From an uncultured Planctomycetales bacterium (GTDB lineage Bacteria > Omnitrophota > Gorgyraeia > Zapsychrales > Fredricksoniimonadaceae): a DNA stretch of 63,064 nucleotides. The stretch lies in assembly GCA_964487685.1 (NCBI GenBank), contig CAZASA010000003.1, positions 1-63,064 on the forward strand, given 5' to 3'. This document shows, in pieces, positions 11,340 to 21,900 of the stretch. Under the pieces are notes generated by a model. The model had not been told where the DNA came from, did not search any database, and saw nothing but the letters and a program-made list of their open reading frames with translations. The translations under genes and the position numbers were made by a program. Every line of letters starts with the position of its first letter. Position 1 is the stretch's first letter.

Positions 11340-12847
11340 GATTGGTTTTTGAGGATCTCGGTTACAGATCGACGACAATCTTGAGTTGGACAATCTAGGT
11401 ACGCTAATCCCAGTCTTCTCTCAATAATATCCTCCGTATTTTGTGCCATCTCGACATCGCGGGCATAAATGACCTGGGCACCAATGGCCGGTGAACAGGA
11501 ACAGATCCTTGCCTTTAATTGGTCCCTGCCTCGGGCGATATTAAGGACATCCCCGAACCGGCTGCCATAAATACCCTGCAAATACCTGATCAAGTCCAAA
11601 GGAACTTCATAGCGTTGGCTTAGGATCTTGAGCTCTTCATTACTGCCTCCGCTTCCGTAAAGGGCATACTGCCCTCCATAAGGTAATTTGGAAGCGAGCC
11701 CAGGCAATGCTTTAAGCACAGCTTCTTGTGCAATAGCGCGATACGTCGTATATTTGCCGCCCATGACAAAATAAATACCTGAAGCATGCATGTCAACGGC
11801 ATGTTTTCGGGAAATACGTGAAGGATCACCGGTGTCCGCCACCAGCGGCCTTACCCCTGCAAAGGTCTTGATGATCTTGGAGCGGTCAAAAATGATATTG
11901 GGAAAAACCCTGCCCGCTTCCTGTAATAAATATTTTATATCCTCTTCCTCGACTTGGACATGGTCCAGGTCTTGATGATAATCCGTGTCTGTTGTCCCGA
12001 TCAATGAATTGCCCTTAAAAGGGATAACAAAGAAAATGCGCTTGTCCTGGCGGCTTTGCAATAAAAAAGCACTGGGAGAAATTTCTCCCCGGTAAACAAT
12101 ATGAACGCCCTTGGTGGGCCTCAAGCGTTTAATGGAATGCGGCACCTCTTTTTCGATCAATTGATCAGACCACGGTCCGGCCGCCACCATGATCTTGGAG
12201 GCAAAAATATCCATCCGCTGTCCGCTGATATGGTCCAGCGCTTTGACACCGACGGCACGCTGGTCCTTGTCCTTGATAAAACTTTCAACCTCAACATAAT
12301 TGGCGACACTTGCCCCTTTAAGGTCAGCCATCAGCGCATTTTCCAGACAGATCCTGGCGTCATCCATCTGAGCATCAAAGTATTCCACCGCGCCGACCAG
12401 GCCATCCAAATTGATGCCCGGCGCCAGGGCTGTGACTTCAGCAATGGATAAAAAGCGGTGGCCGCATAATTTGTACTTACCGCTTAAGAGATCATAAAGC
12501 CAAACACCCAATTTCATCATCCATAACGGCCTTGCGTCATTCTTATACACCGGGATCACGAAAGGCATGGGCTTGACCAAATAAGGCACTGCCTGCCACT
12601 GGATATAGCGTTCCTTTAAAGACTCATAGACCAGGTCAAATTCAAAATTTTCCAGATAACGGATACCCCCATGCAGCAGCTTAGTGGATTTGCTGGAAGT
12701 GCCGCTGGCCAGATCGTTCTTTTCAACCAAAGCAACACTGGCACCGGCGCTTGCGGCCAGATGCGCAATGGCCGCGCCATTGATGCCGCCGCCGACGACA
12801 AGAAGATCGAATTTACTTTTAGTTAACCGTGACGTATCGCGGATCAA
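11336..12847 (-). CDS. glpD: FAD-dependent glycerol-3-phosphate dehydrogenase
   Basis: GGGING, GTSSKSTKLLHGGIRYLE, DAQMDDAR, GGKYTTYR. Confidence 0.94.
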   Translation of the reverse strand: MIRDTSRLTKSKFDLLVVGGGINGAAIAHLAASAGASVALVEKNDLASGTSSKSTKLLHGGIRYLENFEFDLVYESLKERYIQWQAVPYLVKPMPFVIPVYKNDARPLWMMKLGVWLYDLLSGKYKLCGHRFLSIAEVTALAPGINLDGLVGAVEYFDAQMDDARICLENALMADLKGASVANYVEVESFIKDKDQRAVGVKALDHISGQRMDIFASKIMVAAGPWSDQLIEKEVPHSIKRLRPTKGVHIVYRGEISPSAFLLQSRQDKRIFFVIPFKGNSLIGTTDTDYHQDLDHVQVEEEDIKYLLQEAGRVFPNIIFDRSKIIKTFAGVRPLVADTGDPSRISRKHAVDMHASGIYFVMGGKYTTYRAIAQEAVLKALPGLASKLPYGGQYALYGSGGSNEELKILSQRYEVPLDLIRYLQGIYGSRFGDVLNIARGRDQLKARICSCSPAIGAQVIYARDVEMAQNTEDIIERRLGLAYLDCPTQDCRRSVTEILKNQS

Positions 12848-12862
12848 TTTATCATCTCACTT

Positions 12863-14353
12863 TTAGGCCATGGCTTGATGTACGGCATGGCGCCAGCCGT
12901 CATATTTTAATTGGGCTTCTTTGCGCGACAGGCGGGGCTTAAAGGTACGTTCAATTTTTTTGATCTTAAGTAATCCTTCCGGCTTCCACCATCCAATAGA
13001 AACGCCTGCCAAATAAGCGGCCCCGGCAGCCGTTGAGTCAACCATCAACGGCCTGTTGACATTAACGCCAATCATGTCTGATTGAAATTGCATTAAAAGA
13101 TTATTACGGCAAGCGCCCCCATCCACCGCCAGGGACCTGATCTTAAGGCCGGATTCTTGACCCATCAGATCAAAAACTTCCTTGGTCTGATAGGCCATGG
13201 ATTCCAGGGCGGCCCGCACAAGATGACTGGCATTAACTCCCCTTGTCAAACCGGTAATAATGCCGCGCGCTTGGGCATTCCAGTACGGTGCGCCTAACCC
13301 CACAAAGGCTGGTACCACATAGATCCCATTTGTATCTTTGACCTTAAGGGCCATGGCTTCACTCGACGAAGAATCTTTGATCATTTTTAATTCATCCCTC
13401 AGCCATTGGATCACCGCCCCGGCAATGAACACCGAGCCTTCCAAGGCATAGACAGACTTGCCCCTAGCATCACAGCCCAAGGTAGTCAGCAGCCCTTTCT
13501 TGGAATAAATGCATTTACTTCCCGTATTAAGCAGCATAAAACATCCGGTACCATAGGTGTTCTTGATCGTGCCGGGTTTAAAACACCACTGCCCGTATAA
13601 AGCCGCCTGCTGGTCTCCCATCACCGCTGTTATGGGAATGCCCTCGGGCAGGCCCGCGATGCCCTGGGCCGTCATACCAAATACAGACGATGAAGGAAGT
13701 ACCTGCGGCAGGATATTTTCAGGGATATTTAATAATTTTAATAATGGCTTGCTCCATGTCTTTTTCTTGATGTCAAAGACCAGGGTGCGGCTGGCATTGG
13801 TCATATCCGTGACATGGTTTTTACCAGCGGTCAATTTATAGACAAGCCAGGAATCAATGGTGCCAAAGGCCACTTGACCTTTAAGCGCTTTTGTCCTCAG
13901 TCCCTTGACATGGTCTAAGATCCATTGGACCTTGGTGCCGGAAAAATAGGCGTCAACAACCAGGCCCGTTGTCTTGCGGAATAAATTTTCATGTTTTTTA
14001 AGACGTTTGCAAGCTTCTGCGGTGCGGCGGCATTGCCAGACAATGGCGTTATATACTGGTTTTGAAGTCACTCGGTCCCATAGGACCGTCGTTTCCCGTT
14101 GATTGGTAATGCCGATGGCGGCAATACATGAAGGATCGACGTGAGAGCGGGCTATTGCCTTTCTAATGACCGCAACAACGCTATTCCAAATCTCCTGCGG
14201 ATCATGTTCAACCCAGCCGGGCTTGGGGTAATATTGTTTGAACTCCTGATAAGCACAGGCGATCACGCGGCCATGAGCATCAAAAATAAATGCCTTTGAG
14301 CCAGTGGTCCCTTGATCGACGGAAAGAATATATTTTTTAATTGCCTTAGCCAT
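12863..14353 (-). CDS. glpK: Glycerol kinase
   Basis: DQGTTGS, GITNQRETT, GDQQAAL, KNTYGTGCF, YALEGS. Confidence 0.97.
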   Translation of the reverse strand: MAKAIKKYILSVDQGTTGSKAFIFDAHGRVIACAYQEFKQYYPKPGWVEHDPQEIWNSVVAVIRKAIARSHVDPSCIAAIGITNQRETTVLWDRVTSKPVYNAIVWQCRRTAEACKRLKKHENLFRKTTGLVVDAYFSGTKVQWILDHVKGLRTKALKGQVAFGTIDSWLVYKLTAGKNHVTDMTNASRTLVFDIKKKTWSKPLLKLLNIPENILPQVLPSSSVFGMTAQGIAGLPEGIPITAVMGDQQAALYGQWCFKPGTIKNTYGTGCFMLLNTGSKCIYSKKGLLTTLGCDARGKSVYALEGSVFIAGAVIQWLRDELKMIKDSSSSEAMALKVKDTNGIYVVPAFVGLGAPYWNAQARGIITGLTRGVNASHLVRAALESMAYQTKEVFDLMGQESGLKIRSLAVDGGACRNNLLMQFQSDMIGVNVNRPLMVDSTAAGAAYLAGVSIGWWKPEGLLKIKKIERTFKPRLSRKEAQLKYDGWRHAVHQAMA

Positions 14354-14362
14354 TTATACTGC

Positions 14363-15177
<815 letters not shown>

Positions 15178-15178
<1 letters not shown>

Positions 15179-16533
15179 TAGGAAGGTTTATTGACCATTA
15201 TATCAAAAATCCCAAAGCCTTCGTGCCATAATTTAATATTCATGTCCGTATGAATGACCCCATCCGGGTCCACCGCGAAACTAAAGCCTGTATTAGCCAC
15301 ACGGATGACCCACCAGTGATTTTCCACCGCCCGCATCACCGCGGCCTCGGAATGGAGCAGGCAGGAAGGACGGTCGTTGAACCATCCGTCATTGGAGATT
15401 TCCACCAAAAAATCCGCCCCTTCCCGTCGTAATTTTGCCACCAGTCCGGGGTTAGCGGATTCAGAACAGATCACAACGCCAAAACGCAATGCCTCCCGGC
15501 CCAAGGCAAAGACCCCCGGCCTGTTGCCCGGGCTGATATGATAGCCGCGCCCCCAATCAATGCCCCACGCTGAAAAAGGGGTAGTTTCCGAGAACGGCAC
15601 CAATGCCTGCTTATGATACAACCCGACCATTTGCCCGTGGGCATTGATGAGCAAGGCGCTATTATATTCTTTACCGTTAATGATGGGAGCGATCCCCATC
15701 AGCAGGTCCGCGTTCATATGAAGGGCTTGGGCCTTGATCACCGGCAGCCATCGGTCACTTTGCAGAAGATCGTCGGGAAAGGCTGTTTCCGGCCAGATCA
15801 CTAGATTGGGATGCGCTATTTGATAGGATTGTTCGGTAAGCGTTAGATGGATTCCTACGTTACGGTCAAAGAGGGCCGCATCCATTTTTTCAGTGGGGGA
15901 AATATTTCCCTGAATAATACTGATACGTAAATGACGCGCAGAGGGTGATACCTGTTCTTTTTTCACCACCCCGATTGCAACAACACTCAAAAAAATGATG
16001 ATGGCCGTGAATAAATAATTAACTCTACGCTTCCTGTCAATAACAGCTACGTACAGCAAGGCATTGACAAGAATAATAATAAAACTCATGCCCAAACAAC
16101 CAACAGTGCCATACAATTTCAACATCACCGGACAAAAAGCATGGGCATGGCTGATATAAAAACTAAATCCCCCCAATAATTTATTTCGCAACAACTCACT
16201 TATGCACCACAGCAACGGGAAATATATTACATTCACCCACCATCGCCGGGAAGATATAAAAAAACAGCTAAAGATCAATACCTGACAGCTTAAGCTTACC
16301 ACAAAAGCCAAAAACCCCGCCGGAGATATCCTGATCAAGCCCTGCGTCATCAACCCATACGCGCAAGATCCCCAAAAAACACCATAACCCAAACGCACCT
16401 TCAAAGGCTTATCTTTTAAGGCCAAAAGCAGCGGCACCGCAAAGACCCAGATCAATGGCCAAAACCCATACATGGAAATATAATTAGGAAAAGAAAGATA
16501 AAATAAAACTGCGGATAGAAAAGTTAGCGGCAT
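15178..16533 (-). CDS. lnt: Apolipoprotein N-acyltransferase
   Basis: N-terminal TMs, IQGNI, VIWPETA, YHKQALVPFSE, ICSES, ISNDGWF, RVANTG. Confidence 0.92.
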
Positions 16534-16536
16534 CTA

Positions 16537-16704
16537 GCGGGTCCTGGCTCGTCGCGTCATTCAGGTGCTCCTGCGAGCAACTGCGAGTGTCGGTTAATCC
16601 GACCGAGCAGAATCGTTTAGCTCAACGGCCTTGAAAGGTGGTTTCCCTATTTAGGTCCGGCCACCGTTGCCGTGCGCCCCTGAACGACGCTCCTCGCCAC
16701 CCGC
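16537..16704 (-). ncRNA. Candidate structured RNA (6S-like rod) or composite REP-derived element
   Basis: Ends pair (GCGGGU/ACCCGC, GCGUC/GACGC, GUUCAGG/CCUGAAU); two internal hairpins; TATAAT at 16722-16717. Family not confirmed. Confidence 0.45.
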
Positions 16705-16737
16705 CGCAAACGAGAAATTATAATAGCCGAATATGTG

Positions 16738-17265
16738 CTATGACTTTGCCTTCATCATAGGCGTGGTCGCAACTGGCTTTGTTTCAGGTGCCGCATCCTG
16801 GGTATCAATAAGCTCATGCAGCAAAGCCGCGGACTTAAGCATATTGTCCCTGTCCTGCTGGGCCTGGAAGATCTCAAAGCTGTGACGGGCCGCCAACACC
16901 GCCGGCAATTTCTTGCCTGACATCTTGTCAGCAATGCTCAGCATATAAAAGATCGTCCCATCATCCGGGAAGGTCTTACCCGCGATCTCAAGGAAATCAG
17001 CCGCATGGTCATATTCCTGGATCTTAAGGAGGATCTGGCCTAAGAGCAAATAGGCTTCAGGTTCTGAAGGGTTGACCTTGATGGATGTCTCAAGGTCCAT
17101 GATCGTGGCATTCAAGTCTTTATTTTGAAGATCATTCAAGCTCTTCATGATCAATTTATGGCCGACATCTTTGCGCTGATCGATGTCAGGCTGTTGCTGA
17201 CTCTCTTGTTTTTGACAGCCGACAAGGGCAAGAAGGGAAACTAAAACGAACAAGATCTTTTTCAT
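16738..17265 (-). CDS. TPR-repeat lipoprotein
   Basis: Lipobox LVGC after MKK plus a hydrophobic stretch; TPR-like EAYLLLGQILL. Confidence 0.8.
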   Translation of the reverse strand: MKKILFVLVSLLALVGCQKQESQQQPDIDQRKDVGHKLIMKSLNDLQNKDLNATIMDLETSIKVNPSEPEAYLLLGQILLKIQEYDHAADFLEIAGKTFPDDGTIFYMLSIADKMSGKKLPAVLAARHSFEIFQAQQDRDNMLKSAALLHELIDTQDAAPETKPVATTPMMKAKS

Positions 17266-17306
17266 AAAACGCTCTCTTTCTTTTAGGCCGCTACAGCGGG
17301 GTGTTC

Positions 17307-18794
17307 TTAAGCCTTTTGGTTAATTGTCATTAAATATTGATGCACTCCCTGTGCTGCGCTACGTCCTTCATAGATCGCCCACACCACCAACGACTGGCCG
17401 CGGGTCATATCACCTGCCGTAAAAATTCCTGGTATTGATGTCATTTTATGCGCATCGGCCACAACATTCCATCGAGCATCAAGTACAACACCCAATTGCT
17501 CCAACATCCCTTTTTTAACAGGTCCGGTAAATCCTAACGCCAAAAGTAATAGATCGCAATCCATGTCAAATTCCGATCCCGGAATTTCGCTCATCTTCAT
17601 CTGACCGCTGGCCGGGTCTTTTTTCCAATCAAGACGCACCCCGTGTAATTTCTTTAATTGGCCGTTTTCACCGCTTAAACGTTTGGTCATAATGCCGTAA
17701 TCACGGACACACCCTTCTTCATGGGAGCTGGAAGTCCGCAAAATAAATGCCCAGTTCGGCCATGGATTGTCCGCCGCGCGATTCTCCGGAGGCTTGGGCA
17801 TCAATTCCAGCTGATGCACGCTTAAGGCCCCCTGACGGATCGCAGTGCCCACACAATCCGACCCTGTGTCCCCGCCGCCTAACACCACCACGTGTTTTCC
17901 CTTGGCCGTGATTTCTTCCAATGAGGACGGCTTGACCTGCAGGACCGTATCCGCATATTTGGACATAAAAATGTTTGTCGGGGCTTTATTATCACGCAGG
18001 TTTTGCTGAGGCAAAAAATACATGGCCTGATAAACGCCTTTTAATTCCCGCCCTGGTACTGGAAGTTCCCTGCCGGCCTCAGCTCCGCCGCATAAAACGA
18101 TGGCATCAAACTTCTCACGCAATTCTTGGGTCCCGACATTGACGCCAACATGGGCGTTGGTCTTGAACACCACCCCTTCTTCGCGCATGCGGTCAAGCCG
18201 GCGAGTGACAAACTTTTTCTCCAATTTAAAATCAGGTATCCCTAAAGCCAATAAGCCCCCTAAGATTTCATTCTTCTCATAAACCGTGACCTTGTGTCCC
18301 TTTTTATTCAGTTCATCCGCGCAGGCAAGCCCCGCGGGTCCGGAACCAATGACAGCCACCTTCATGCCGGTGCGATGCTCTGGCACTTGGGGCTTGATCC
18401 AGCCTTTTTCGTAAGCGTTCTCAACGATCGCCAGTTCAATGTTCTTGATGGTCACCGGCGGAGCATTGATGCCCAGGACACAGGAATTTTCACAAGGAGC
18501 CGGACAGACACGGCCGGTGAACTCCGGAAAATTATTCGTTTTATGCAGACGCTCGATAGCTTCTTGCCATCGGTCACGGTAAACAAGATCGTTCCAGTCC
18601 GGGATGATGTTGCCGATTGGACAGCCTGACTGGCAAAAGGGCACACCGCAATCCATACAACGCGCACCCTGGTTTTTTAATTCCTTGGCAGCCGGAAGAT
18701 GCGTGAATTCATTGTAATTTTTTATCCGGCGGGCTATATCGTCCTTCTTATAGTCCTGCCGGTCATATTTCATGAAACCTTTAATATCACCCAT
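17307..18794 (-). CDS. gltD: Glutamate synthase small subunit
   Basis: RCMDCGVPFCQSGCP, GRVCPAPCE, GSGPAG, GGGDTGSDC, GQSLVVWAI. Confidence 0.97.
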   Translation of the reverse strand: MGDIKGFMKYDRQDYKKDDIARRIKNYNEFTHLPAAKELKNQGARCMDCGVPFCQSGCPIGNIIPDWNDLVYRDRWQEAIERLHKTNNFPEFTGRVCPAPCENSCVLGINAPPVTIKNIELAIVENAYEKGWIKPQVPEHRTGMKVAVIGSGPAGLACADELNKKGHKVTVYEKNEILGGLLALGIPDFKLEKKFVTRRLDRMREEGVVFKTNAHVGVNVGTQELREKFDAIVLCGGAEAGRELPVPGRELKGVYQAMYFLPQQNLRDNKAPTNIFMSKYADTVLQVKPSSLEEITAKGKHVVVLGGGDTGSDCVGTAIRQGALSVHQLELMPKPPENRAADNPWPNWAFILRTSSSHEEGCVRDYGIMTKRLSGENGQLKKLHGVRLDWKKDPASGQMKMSEIPGSEFDMDCDLLLLALGFTGPVKKGMLEQLGVVLDARWNVVADAHKMTSIPGIFTAGDMTRGQSLVVWAIYEGRSAAQGVHQYLMTINQKA

Positions 18795-18823
18795 TTATTC
18801 CTTAACTCCCCATCATTTTGTTC

Positions 18824-18902
18824 GTCATTCCCGCCCAACGCACTGTCAACCCCCCTGTCCAGCAAAGAAAGCATCCATCATTGACATATAAGCGGGAATC
18901 CA
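18824..18902. repeat. CGTC-type REP interrupted by a 56-nt loop insert
   Basis: GTCATTCCCGC + 56 nt (18835-18890) + AGCGGGAATCCA; flanks resemble the 5284 copy (TTGTTC...). Confidence 0.85.
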
Positions 18903-18924
18903 CTTTTAAGAAAATATATCCGTG

Positions 18925-21900
18925 TCAGCCAATATGGCCACTATGTACATTGTCCGTGTTCTTGATCGCTTCAGCCTCTTCGATGACCCTGCGGTAATCC
19001 CTCGGATAAACCTTGATAAATTGGCCTAATGTCTTTGACCAATCATCCAATATTCCCTTGGCCACCGTTGACTGGGTGTATTTTAAATGTTTTTCGATCA
19101 ACCCTTTTAGTTCCGCGATATCTTTTGGATCTTTAACAGGGAAAAGGTCGACCATGCCGGTATTACAATTCTTATGCGAAAGCCCTTCACGGTCCCACAC
19201 GTAGGCGATCCCGCCCGACATCCCCGCGGCAAAATTACGTCCGATAGGTCCTATGACGACGACCCTCCCGCCGGTCATGTACTCGCAGCCATGGTCTCCC
19301 ACTCCTTCAACCACCGTCGATGCGCCGGAATTACGCACGGCAAAGCGTTCGCCGACAAGTCCGCGGAAATAAGCTTCGCCTAAAATAGCGCCATACAAGA
19401 CCACATTGCCCGCGATCATGTTCTCTTCAGGGACAAATAATGCGCCCTTGGGCGGATAAATGACGATCCTGCCGCCGGAAAGCCCCTTGCCCACATAATC
19501 GTTGGCCTCACCTTCAAGGGTCAAGCTCACCCCATGGGCCAGAAAAGCGCCAAAGCTCTGTCCTGCCGAGCCTTTAAATTTAATTTGGATCGTATCATCA
19601 GGCAATCCCGCCAATGCATATTTACGGGCGATCTGGCTGGATAGCATAGTGCCGACCGTCCGGTTGATATTACGGATATTGGCTTCGATCGTCACGGGCG
19701 TTCCATGATCGATGGCCTCTTGGCTTTGGGCGATCAAGGCGTTGTCCAGGGCCTTATCCAGCCCGTGGTCCTGGGTCGTGCTGTGGCGGATGCTCACACC
19801 CTTGGGCACGTCAGGGCGATGCAAAATTTTCGTCAGATCAACACCCTTGGCCTTCCAGTGGTCAACAGTGTCCCTGGTATCCAGCATATCGACACGGCCA
19901 ACCATGTCCTCAAACTTCCTGACGCCCATGGAGGCCATGATCTCGCGCACTTCCTCGGCGATAAAAGTAAAGAAATTGACCACATATTCCGGCTTACCGT
20001 CAAATTTCTTGCGAAGTTCCGGGTCCTGGGTCGCAACCCCGACCGAACAGGTGTTCAAATGGCATTTGCGCAGCATAATACAGCCCATCGTGATCAAGGC
20101 TGTGGTAGAAAATCCAAATTCATCCGCGCCCAGCATTGCCGCGATGACCACGTCACGGCCGGTCTTTAATTGTCCGTCGGTCTGCACCCGGATACGGCCG
20201 CGCAGATCATTCATCACCAGGACTTGCTGGGTCTCGGCAATACCCAATTCCATGGGCAGGCCCGCGTGTTTAATGGACGTCTGGGGAGAAGCTCCGGTGC
20301 CTCCTTCAAACCCGGAGATCAGTACATGGTCAGCCTTGCCTTTGGAAACCCCGGCCGCGACCGTACCGACACCTACTTCCGACACCAATTTGACAGAGAC
20401 CATGGCCTGAGGATTTGAATTTTTCAGGTCATGGATCAATTGGGCCAGATCTTCGATGGAATAAATATCGTGATGAGGCGGCGGTGAGATCAATTGCACG
20501 CCCGGCGTCGTGTGACGGGTATACGCAATTTCCTTGGACACCTTGTGCCCCGGCAGCTGGCCGCCCTCGCCGGGCTTGGCTCCCTGGGCCATCTTGATCT
20601 GCAGCTGGTCCGCATTGACCAGGTATTCGATCGTGACCCCAAAACGTCCCTGAGCCACCTGCTTGATCCGGCTGCGGCGCCAATCACCGTTAGGGTCTTT
20701 CTTAAAGCGCACGGCATCCTCGCCGCCTTCACCGGTATTTGAAAATCCGCCTAACCGGTTCATGGCAATGGCCAGTGTCTCGTGGGCTTCACGGGAAATG
20801 GAGCCATAGCTCATGGCCCCGGTGGCAAAACGTTTAACAATGCTCGACGCAGGCTCGACCTCTTCAAGAGGGATCGGTGTCTTATCCTTGAATTTGATAA
20901 GACCGCGGATGTTGGCCAATTGCCGGCTATGATCATTGACCGCTTTAGAAAATTGTTTAAAGACCTGGAAATTACCGGAACGCGTCGCGTGCTGCAAAAG
21001 GGCTATCGTCGTCGGGTTTAACTGATGGTACTCAGCTTCTTTACGCCAGGCATATTCCCCGCCTTCATCCAGCATCCCGTCATTCGACGGCCATCGGGGA
21101 TAACCCTTTTCATGGCGCATCATCGCTTCCTGGACCACGGTCGCTATGTCGATCCCGCCGATGCGTGAGGGTGTTGCCGTAAAATATTTATCGATCAATT
21201 CCTGACCCAGGCCCACCGCTTCAAAGATCTGCGCCCCGCAATAGGATTGGATCGTGGAAATGCCCATTTTGGAAATGATCTTATAAAGCCCCTTATGGCA
21301 GGCTTTCAGGAAATTCTTCTCCGCATCCTTAAAGTCCATGGTCAGTTCAAATTTCGTATCCTTGAGCATCGCTTCAATGGTCTCAAAGGCCAGGTAAGGG
21401 TTGACCGCGTTGGCGCCATACCCGATCAGGACCGCAAAATGATGCAATTCCCGCGCGTCCCCGCATTCGACCACGAGGCTGACCTTTAGGCGAGTCCCCT
21501 GACGTATCAAATGATGGTGCAAGCCGGCGCAGGCCAGCAGCGACGGTATCGGTACTTTCTTGGACGAAATGTCACGGTCAGAGAGGATCAAAATGCTAAT
21601 ACCCTCTTTGATGGCCTTGTCTGCCGCGGCACATAGTGAATCAAAGGCCTTCTCAATGGCCTCACTGCCTTCTTTTTTATCGAAGACCATCGGCAGTTTC
21701 AGGGCCTTTAAAGAACCCTGATTGACCCGGCTGATCTTTGCTAATTCTTCATTGGTCAAGACCGGATGCTGTATCCATAGCCGGTGACAATGCTGCGGGC
21801 CTTCTTCCAGCAAATTGCTCTCAGCGCCCAGCATCATGTCCTCGCCCATGATGATCTCTTCACGGATCGCGTCAATGGGAGGATTGGTCACCTGCGCGAA

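Noticed and set aside
16537-16704. SRP-like AGGUCCGG, cobalamin-like AAUAGGGAA and group II-like GUGCG fragments
   Set aside because: Each lacks the rest of its motif (GAAGGAAGCAG, the B12 box, domain V).
17921-18000. Possible ~20-aa insertion in GltD before KGKHVVV
   Set aside because: This linker is variable among GltD proteins and no repeat origin is visible.
18844-18886. TGTCAA/TTGACA as IS terminal inverted repeats
   Set aside because: Only 6 bp, no target duplication, no transposase; kept only as part of the REP-insert finding.
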